Source: Syncephalis fuscata S228 (lineage: Eukaryota > Fungi > Zoopagomycota). From it: a stretch of DNA of 64,000 nucleotides. Both the position numbers and the translations under genes were made by a program. Within the stretch, counting starts at the first letter, position 1. Each line of letters opens with the position of its first letter. The DNA lies in contig JAHLTZ010000060.1 of assembly GCA_025786725.1 (NCBI GenBank), positions 12,523 through 76,522 of the forward strand. The letters are read 5' to 3'. Positions 54,119 through 64,000 of the stretch are shown piece after piece. Under the pieces are notes generated by a model, which was not told where the DNA came from, searched no databases, and saw only the letters and a list, made by a program, of their open reading frames with translations.

Positions 54119-55073
54119 CTAATTGTCTTTACGATCGGCAATCAACTCTTCTACATCTTCGTCGTCTTCTACAGCGGCTATGCCACTCTCTGATGGATGG
54201 CTGACCTCTTCTAGCAAAGGAGCTTTTGCTGTAGCAGTAGCAGTAGCCGTCGACTTTCCTTTAGGTGTATCAGCAGTGGCGGGCCGTTTACCTTGTTTCT
54301 TTGCTGTTTCGGCCCAGGCCCAGAATGGAATAAACGAGTCAACAAAGCTAACATCTTCGAAAAGATTTGGGAAAATCCAGATACCCGGTTTGACAAGTAC
54401 GACGGTAAGTACATAAAAAATAATTCTTACTATACTAATGGCAAATAGCAGGCCTAGCAGACCAAGAATGCCCATACTAAGATACCAGGCACCATCGCGC
54501 ATAAACTGTGGCCATAGTGGAAACATAACGCCAGCAAATACAATAGCTATCAATGCAATGCCACCTAGCATTGTACCGACTTGCGAGCCTTGATACAGCC
54601 AGACGTAGTAACTGTCGTCTTGCATTGCTTGTAGTGAGTGTGGCTGCAAAGCACGACCTCCTGCTGGGTGTGCATCACCGCGGTCACAGCGCAGAAAGAA
54701 TTGATACAATAGCAGCAGTTCCAGCAGCTTCTCGGCATCTTCACGGCTGGCCACAGCTGGACCACCGCTTTTAGCGTATTCTTCACGCAATAATGCGCTA
54801 TATGCGCTCTTGCCTAGTTAGTCATTACACGATCGTAGTAAGTAACGAGTAAAATACTACACACACATACTATTTACCTTTAAAATACTCTATACGCTTG
54901 CCGTTTAACACGCCGGTACGTGGCTTCAAATTAGACGATTTTTGATTGCGCAGATAGTTGGCGACGGCATACAACGCCTTTGATGGCTTGTCCGACTCGA
55001 TCGTGCCATTGGATTGGTAGTTAAGCTGATGGCTTTGCTGAGAATGGCCTCCGCCGCAGCATTCGTCGGTCAT
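54119..55073 (-). CDS. SEC62: Translocation protein Sec62 (one intron)
   Basis: LNGKRIEYFKGKRA...YYVWLY, two TM helices with MFPLWP, and PGIWIFPNLFEDVSFVDSFIP. Confidence 0.93.
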
Positions 55074-55473
55074 CGTAGTAATAGATTGCTAAGCGATTGG
55101 ATGGAATGGAGTCCAAAATTGAATGAAAAGAAAGGAGTCAATATGGTAAATGAACTTGCTAGCTGGCTTCAAATATATTAAAAACATTTCAGCGAATAGA
55201 ATCTCGCCACAGCCATTTAGCATCAATTGAGATTGGACACTTGGCTCAAATCGGATTTATTCCGCAAAATAAAGAAAACTGACTTGAGTCATGGTACCAA
55301 GCAAATACCATCAAGACATAATAAAGGTATATACGAACAAGATACAGGCCCGATTCGGACCACTGCTACAGTTAGGAGAATGTGAATAAGCATAGCAGAT
55401 GGTGAGTATGGCTATTAGCCATGGTATGTCCATTTGGCTTTTAGCCATCACCATACGTGTATAGGTTCTTTTC

Positions 55474-56514
55474 CTATTGACCTGTCCCTGTATACTGATC
55501 GGATCCATCCCGTGGACTCTGCTGCGAGTGCGGCACTGGTGGCGGCTGATGATAGTAGGGATAAGGATAGTCATTGCCCGACGACTGGCCGGGATGGCCG
55601 GGGGACTGTACCGAAGGCTGTTGTAGTATTTGAGCTCGCATATATTGTTGTAGCTAACACATGATTAGTATTAATAAATAGTATGTAAAATGCCCTACCT
55701 GTTCATGTTGCTGATGTTGTTGCTGCTGTTGCTGATAAGCAAATACTGATGGTCAGCAATTGTCTAAACATCTGTGTTAATGTAGTACAGACTGCGCTGT
55801 GTTCAGCACTTACATTGGCAGCATATGACGGTGTATGCTGCATACCGTAGCCATACTGATAGGCAGCATGGTCCGATGACATCATGCCCCGGTAATCCTA
55901 TATAGCGAACATAAGCTTTATGCCAAGTAATACAATAGATGACCGACTTTTTCGGGTGATTTGCCAGACGAACGAAGTATTTCGTCGCGTGGAACAATAT
56001 CAATAAGAAAGTCAAACATATCCGACTTTGATATGGCCGTTGCAATATCACTTCGTTGCAAGGTGCGACGTTTATTTTCTTCAGCGTGGATCCATGCTCG
56101 CATTGTCAGTTCTCGAATCATAATCTCACATGCCTTTGCAAATAAAATTGGTGCCTATTTACATAGAGGTTACACGTTAGTCGTCATAAATGAAAACGGG
56201 CTGTTTAGATACCTCAGCACTAATCATCTAATAGCGGTAATATAGTTAGACATTAGTTAGTTGACAGCTTTCCTATAGAAGCAACTTACTTTTACATCAT
56301 CGTCAGCCTTCATAACTTTCTTGATACGGGCCAACGGCAACTGATGGAACTTGAAATCGTGATGACCAGTCTCTATTTCGGCAATTTGGCCTGACCAAAA
56401 GGTACTCATCAGCTGCTGATGCTGCTGGGCCAAATGCTGGACGTGCTGCGAAGCGCTTCCATTGTTGGCCGACGTTGATGCCGTTGGTGAATGTGGATGG
56501 GCGTGTGAATCCAT
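55474..56514 (-). CDS. HAP5: CCAAT-binding factor subunit NF-YC/Hap5
   Basis: [22 protein letters not shown]...[50 protein letters not shown] with a Q/Y/P-rich tail. Confidence 0.93.
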
Positions 56515-58064
56515 ATTAGCACAGGGATATTCCTAGAAGACGGCATAAAGATAGCGGCAGATTATAAGCCGCATAGCACAAAGCGTAAGCAGTCCGCGCG
56601 TATACATTGCGCAAAAGGACATGCACGAACACTGTCCATGATTACTCATACACTCACCACAAATACGTATAAAGAACTGCTATTGGCCCACGGCCCTAGG
56701 AGCAGACAATAAAGGTGCCTCGCGTGTAAGGCGGAGTAAAGCCAGCTGTTGATCCGTGCAGTGCTCGTCAACTAATCTTGAATCGCGAACGATGAGTGGC
56801 TGGTTCGTGTGAGGTGGAAAACAAACGAGGAAGGGAGAAAGATGAGTGGACGATGTTAATATGCTCAATAATGTGGCATTACTGCATTGAGACAACGACT
56901 CAACGTGGATGAGACCAAGATAGTTAACTGAGACAACAAAAATAAAATGAACAGCACGCAAGTTTACGTCTGATTGTTTGTCTATAAAGCGTTGTTCTTG
57001 TCGAAAGCAATGACGATTTTATACATTTGTTGTACTACTATATGTTGCGTTGAATTTTGCATGTAAAGTACGCTGCAGTTCTGTATAAATAATAGATCTT
57101 ACTAAATTGTAATACTTGCTGTTCATTGGCTGTTTTACTGCCACTTAACATTCTATCAATATTTTATGCTTTCATAACTGGATTTTAGCTTTTAATAATT
57201 ATAGAACAACTATTTTGCGCTAGGCTAAATGTTTTTATACATTGTCTGTTATATGCTGCATCGACATTTTTAACAATTGCACACAGAAATTATAAAAAAA
57301 TTATAATAATGGTAACTTAGATATAATGTATAATAAATAGCACCATTCTTTATTTAATGCAAAATGGCAAAAGTCTACGGTGATAAACCAATAGTAACAA
57401 TCATTAAACACTTGTTTTTATAAGTAACAAAGCAAATATATTTAGTCAAATTAATTATAATACTGTTAAACAGTGAAATTAGTGCTATTTCATTCTGGAC
57501 AATATTTGTACAATGACATACACATAATGACTAGTATTACAAGTAACAAGATGCATTGCTAATTTCTAAACTATTAATATGTATAACATAGTATCAATAG
57601 ATGTTTGTTAATATATACTATTCATTGCAGCAAACATTTAATATACTGCAGTACTATTTATATTATAATGTTAGTTGTGATATATCGTTAATGAATATAA
57701 ATAAATATTGCTAAAATATAGCTGCTATAAATCAACATGAATGAGACAATGAAGGTAGTGGATATAAGATAAAGAAAATGTTGTGTTTAATGTGTATAGT
57801 ATTTATAGTAGTAAATGAATGGAAGGTGCATATGTAGTTGGTGTAGTAAGTGCTCAATAGTTGCAATTGATTGTTGTACAATGCTATTGATGTCATAGAA
57901 TATGTATAATGTTGATGAACGTATATGACATGTGCTTTCATGTTAGACTTGGTAATTACGATTGTATAAGTGATTGGCATATGTAACCATAACATAAATG
58001 ATAGCTGAAGCATAGCAGACTGATCGTGTAATTGTGTGCTGATTTGCACAAAATCAAAACATCG

Positions 58065-61000
58065 AATAGTCCAAATATAATGCTAAACATAAGCTATCTG
58101 GTATATGCTGATGGCCTAAACTCCCACCCATCAGTGCGGCCTATACAGTATCCAGCTATCGTAATCATGATGTGCCGTGGTTGCTGTTTTACCATTGCTT
58201 ATGTTTCAAGCAATATCAGAAAAGCTATTCAGCCAGGCGACATACATTAACTAGATAGCTGGAACGAACAGCCAATAGCACTGATCCCATACCCCGTCTA
58301 GGCCACCACATACGAGTAGATAACTCAAATGCAACAATAATGGTACAATAGCACACTGTCGCAACATTAAATAGCCAAAAAGCTACATCATCATTCATAG
58401 ACAGCTAAAGATAACAGCATCGAAGCTACATTAATATAGCACTATAAATCATGCTGTGCCATCATAGCACTTTAACTGTTAAAACAATGATGCTGCCATG
58501 ATGGTACTTAATATTGCCCACAAGCAAGGAATGGTGCTTATTATACCGCTCACCCAAGCGTATATAGATAAACGCCACCATAAAACAAACAAGTGGTCTA
58601 CAGCTTTATTAAAGGGCTAAAATGCTATGCCACCGACCTTATCAATGTTACTGTACTCCGTTGCAATCATTCTAGTCTATCTAATAAAGCCAGCAGTTGC
58701 ATATTGTATGGTTCACAAGCAAGCAGTTACAGTGCGCTATATAAATATTTAAAGGTGCTTCAAACTACAGTATAAAAGTATAGAACTATAGAATATGCCT
58801 AGTATTAGTTAGAAAGTAAATAAAAACAAAAACCAATAAAATCATTAAATTTAATATAAATCAATATATGTATGTTATTCAGTATTAGTAACTAATCAAC
58901 ACAATATACTATATTTACCTTTTGTAGTTGCATTATGTTGTATTATTCGTAAATCTAAATGGCCATCAATACCATTTAATAGTCCAAATATAATGCTAAA
59001 TATAAACTATCTGGTGTATGTGATGGCCTAAACTCCCACCCATCAGTGCCGGCCTATACGGTCTCAGCTATCGTAATCATGATGTGCCGTGGTTGCTGTT
59101 TTACCATTGCTTATGTTTCAAGCAATATCAGAAAAGCTATTCAGCCAGGCGACATACATTAACTAGATAGCTGGAACGAACAGCCAATAGCACTGATCCC
59201 ATACCCCATCTAGGCCACCAACATACGAGTAGATAATCCAAATGCAACAACGATGGTACAATAGCACACTGTCGCAACATTAAATAGCCAAAAAGCTACA
59301 TCATCATTCATAGACAGCTAAAGATAACAGCATCGAAGCTACATTAATATAGCACTATAAATCGATGCTGTGCCATCATAGCACTTTAACTGTTAAAACA
59401 ATGATGCTGCCATGATGGTACTTAATATTGCCCACAAGCAAGGAATGGTGCTTATTATACCGCTCACCCAAGCGTATATAAATAAACGCCACCATACAAC
59501 AAACAGAGTGGTCTACAGCTTTAATTAAATGGCTAAAGTGCTATGCTAGTGGTCGATTTCAAACTAACTGCTCCAGCACTCCATTCATCTTTAATCTATC
59601 TAATAAAGCCAGCAGTTGCATATTGTATGGTTTCACAAGCAAGCAGTTACAGTGTGCTATATAAATATTTGAAGGTGCTTCAAACTACAGTCTAAGATTG
59701 TATAGAACTATGTAATATACCTAGTAATTAGTTAGAAAATAAATAAAAAACAAAAACACAATAAAAATCATTAAATTTAATATAAAATCAATATATGTAT
59801 GTTATTCAGTATTAGTAACTAATCAACACAATATACTATATTTACCTTTTGTAGTTGCCATTATGTTGTATTATTCGTAAATCTAAATGCCATCTAATAC
59901 CATTTAATAGTCCTAATATAATGCTAAATATAAGCTATCTGGTGTATGTTGATGGTCTAAACTCCCACCCATCAGTGCCGGCCTATACAGTATCCAGCTA
60001 TCGTAATCATGATGTGCCGTGGTTGCTGTTTTACCATTGCTTATGTTTCAAGCAATATCAGAAAAGCTATTCAGCCAGGCGACATGCATTGACTAGATAG
60101 TTGGAACGAACAGCCAATAACGCTGATCCCATACCCCGTCTAGGCCACCAACATACGAGTAGATAACTCAAATGCAACAATAATGGTACAATAGCACACT
60201 GTTGCAACATTAAATAGCCAAAATAGCTACATCATCATTCATAGACAGCTAAAGATAACAGCATCGAAGCTACATTAATATAGCATTATAAATCGATGCT
60301 GTGCCATCATAGCACTTTAACCGTTAAAACAATGATGCTGCCATGATGGTACTTAATATTGCCCACAAGCAAGGAATGGTGCTTATTATACCGCTCACCC
60401 AAGCGTATATAGATAAACGCCACCATACAATAAACAAAGTGGTCTACAGCTTTGCTTAAATGGCTAAAATAATATGAGCGTCGGTCACATTCAAACGGAC
60501 TGTACTGCCGTTCCAGTTATTTTTAGCTTATCTAATAAAGCCAGCAGTTGCATATTGTATGGCTTCACAAGCAAGTAGTTACAGTGTGCTATATAAATAT
60601 TTGAAGGTGCTTCAAATTACAGTCCAAGAATGTATAGAACTATGGAATATGCCTAGTAATTAGTTAGAAAGTAAATAAAAAACAAAAATGCAATTAAAAT
60701 CATTAATTTAATATAAAATCAATATATGTATGTTATTCAGTATTAGTAACTAATCAACACAATATACTATATTTACCTTTTGTAGTTGCCATTATGTTGT
60801 ATTATTCGTAAATCTAAATGACCATCTAATACCATTTAATAGTCCTAATATAATGCTAAATATAAGCTATCTGGTGTATGTTGATGGTCTAAACTCCCAC
60901 CCATCAGTGCCGGCCTATACAGTATCCAGCTATCGTAATCATGATGTGCCGTGGTTGCTGTTTTACCATTGCTTATGTTTCAAGCAATATCAGAAAAGCT

Positions 61001-61530
61001 ATTCAGCCAGGCGACATACATTAACTAGATAGCTGGAACGAACAGCCAATAACGCTGATCCCATACCCCGTCTAGGCCACCAACATACGAGTAGATAACT
61101 CAAATGCAACAATAATGGTACAATAGCACACTGTCGCAACATTAAATAGCCAAAATAGCTACATCATCATTCATAGACAGCTAAAGATAACAGCATCGAA
61201 GCTACATTAATATAGCATTATAAATCGATGCTGTGCCATCATAGCACTTTAACCGTTAAAACAATGATGCTGCCATGATGGTACTTAATATTGCCCACAA
61301 GCAAGGAATGGTGCTTATTATACCGCTCACCCAAGCGTATATAGATAAAACCACCATACAACAAACAGAGTGGTCTACAGCTTTAATTAAATCCCCAAAA
61401 TAATATGAGCGTCGATCACATTCAAACGGACTGTACTGCCGTTCCAGTCATTTTTAGCTTATCTAATAAAAGCCGAGCAGTTGCATATTGTATGGCTTCA
61501 CAAGCAAGCAGTTACAGTGTGCTATATAAA
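58065..61530. repeat. Tandem array of 913-932 bp units (about 3.75 copies) with a variable internal cassette
   Basis: The unit marker AATAGTCC starts at 58065, 58978, 59906 and 60838. The last copy diverges after GCTATATAAA at ~61530. Confidence 0.95.
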
Positions 61531-62970
61531 GCTATGAATTCCACTAAAAATTGTAGTTTACGAACATATAGAATAGTGGATTCACCTGCTAATTAGTTAA
61601 AGAACAAAGGTAAAATAAAAAGGCGTAGTTAAGATTACGTGTTTTAATGAGGGATATATTATGTAGGCACACGCGTGTGTTTAGTGCAGAAGCAAGCACT
61701 CAGCATTATCCAATGAATTGAAGCCATTAGGCGGAGCGAAAAAAGAAACAGAATAGGCCAGCTCAAAGAGAGGCGTGCTATGCAGTGATGTGTAACATAA
61801 ATGTATATTTCAGTAAGGGCGAATGTCATTGCAAGGCAAAGCGCTATCTGTTCAATTGAACAGTGCAATGACTCAGTAAAAATAAAATGGTTGAATACGG
61901 ATTATTGCGTTACCAATATACCAATCTAATGTAAATGAACAAATAATGATGGTTTTGCTTATCTATCTTGGTAATACAATTACGAAACAGTTTGAACTTG
62001 TTTCATTGCTTTCTTCAATGGATATGTACGTCAGTGCTAGCAAAAATGCAAGCTAGTGAAAAGAATGGCGCAACACAAAGATAAGCATACTACCATCTCA
62101 AGATTGCTGTCTTGTTTAAATCATCATCAGCTGATGGAATATGTCTAAGCAAATTACAGTTAAATAAGATATGCATGCTATTAACCGATATTGAAATAAC
62201 ACTCAGTTGAAATAAAAGACTTTGCACTGAATTCTTAAATATCTTTGGTGAAAATAATTTGCAAGTGTGTACAGTAAGCTATACATTCGGGCCTTAGCTA
62301 TGAAACAAACGTTTTTGTAAAGCCGATTTACTTGATATTCCCATGCATGTTACACAGTGTCATTAGCATCAATCATTAGCACTTGGTTACTTTCCTAAAC
62401 AACTTGCTATATTATAGTAACGACATACAGCTAACAAATATTATGTACTATTCAGATACGTAGTTATAATTTATTTATTTCAGTAGCATCCATATTGCCA
62501 GATATTTTTGCATAAACTTTATTAAAATATGCCCACTATTTGCGTATGAATGTCGGTCAAACTAACTCTCAAAATGCTTACTCTGTGCTACTGCGTGTGT
62601 GCACGGTGCGTTTCCCAATCGGTAACGGTGGTTTCAGCAACACATCTTTCAAACTTGACAATCAGTTGCACTTATTGGTTTGTTGTACAACTGCTAGCCA
62701 ATTGTTCATGTACTGACATATGATTAATAAAAAGCCAAATGTTTAGAAACACATTCATAGCGCAACTAGCCATGTCGTAATGGTGCTGTTTCAAATGTAC
62801 TATGACACATCGCCCATGTCTGCTAGCCTATTTATTAAATAAATGGATGAGTCGTTCAATATAGTATTCGCGTAGTTGACCTTTCCAAAGTTTTACATCA
62901 TTATTTGATACGTGTATTTTGATTTATATTCCAGTTTTAAACAAACTCTACATTAAAACATAACTGCAAT

Positions 62971-64000
62971 ATGGACAGTCCAGGTAATCCATTTGCTTGT
63001 AGTTCTCTTGATGCATCTGTTGCAAATCCCACTCGCTTGCCATTCAATCCACCCGCACATTTGTCGCCATCCCCATCATTAGCGCCTGCGGCTGAAGCTA
63101 ATATAGTTCCTGCCGCTGAAGATGTTGTTGAAGAGCAGTGTGTGGTGGCTCAGCCATCAGATGCTCCTCGTTTACCTGCACTTGCTTTGCCATTCACAAC
63201 ACCAAACAATTCAGTGGGGGACATTTACGAAAGACTCCCTGCTGCTTGGGCGGCAATGAGTTTGGCGGAGCAAGCCAAGATTGTAGGCTGGGTTGAGGTG
63301 TCGGATGAAAACGACACAGGTAAGTAAATATACAGTTAATAGACCATTTAAATAACCATTCATTCAAAGAACACCTCTTGATGCGAGGTGAAGAATACAC
63401 TTTTGGGCAAGGCTCAGAAAGGTAAGCTATGCAGTGTTTAATACTGGTGTCTTATTGGTATAGTGCTGTGCCATAATTTGCTGTTATTTAGCAAATGTAG
63501 ACACACTAAACTATTGCTGGTTTGATTGACACATTACACAATTTTATTAATATAATAATTTGTAATATTTAGTGCGAGCGAGGGAGAGGAAGAGGAAGAG
63601 GAAAATGAACAAGACGATTATTTTAGCATATTCATGGTGAGCAGCACACATCATTATGTTAAAATAACAATGCTAATCTTAATCCATATTTAGGAAAATG
63701 AAATAATGATGTGCAAAGTAAGTAGTTATCATACTAACTAATAATGGTGCTAAATGTGTAATTAGAATTTGATGTCCAGTTCTATTTTGGGTAAGTAGTA
63801 TTTACTATAAATTACTAAACAATACTAATTATTTTATTTAGTGGATGGTGTCAGCATTAGGTCCGATGCTACATGTGTCATCAAAAAACAATAGCAGCAT
63901 CCAGCCATCTGGTTGCAATTGTAAGTTTTATTAGTCTATGATAATCACGACTAATCAATGGCACTAGTTTTTTATGCTATATATTTGATTAAAAAGTTGA
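62971..64000 (+). CDS. 5' part of a paralog of the FHA-like-domain kinase at 26829-29501 (runs off the window)
   Basis: Pro-rich N-terminus. IVGWVEVSDENDT|intron matches VAGWIEVFDLERT|intron, and GEEYTFGQGSE matches GQTFIFGSGVE. It shows a similar series of ~25-nt exons. Confidence 0.65.

Noticed and set aside
60006-60128. Box C/D snoRNA-like segment (ATGATGT...CTGA) in the tandem repeat
   Set aside because: Box C is imperfect and I could not identify an rRNA or snRNA guide complementarity, so it is not supportable without Infernal/snoscan.
58065-61530. 5S rRNA, tRNA or spliceosomal snRNA tandem array
   Set aside because: No recognisable 5S, tRNA (T-loop GTTCRA with cloverleaf) or U1/U2/U6 signature was found on either strand.

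Overview
This is a eukaryotic, AT-rich, intron-dense fungal genomic window with many 40-80 nt GT-AG introns and CTAAY branch points. Gene content suggests an early-diverging fungus, probably Zoopagomycota such as Syncephalis; that assignment is inference. The window opens with the 3' end of a Ty3/Gypsy retrotransposon. It then carries housekeeping genes (CDK11-like, mitochondrial PPR, FHA-like kinase, VPS41, GLN4, CDK1, OPI3, SNAPC3, LACTB2, DDP1-like Nudix, SEC62, HAP5), lineage-type multi-TM paralogs, pseudogene relics and dispersed or tandem repeats. The main finding is that the ~82-bp 'minisatellite' at 6.9-7.7 kb reads on the minus strand as tandemly duplicated spliceosomal introns separated by nine exons of exactly 3 nt. 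Splicing them to an upstream signal-peptide exon gives a 47-aa precursor (signal peptide, propeptide, Kex2-type RR) ending in the Cys-bridged nonapeptide SCKYWWDCV. A second candidate system is a ~925-bp tandem array (58.1-61.5 kb) that is near-identical between copies except for a hypervariable ~75-nt hairpin-like cassette. Several single-base frameshifts in essential genes suggest an imperfectly polished assembly.
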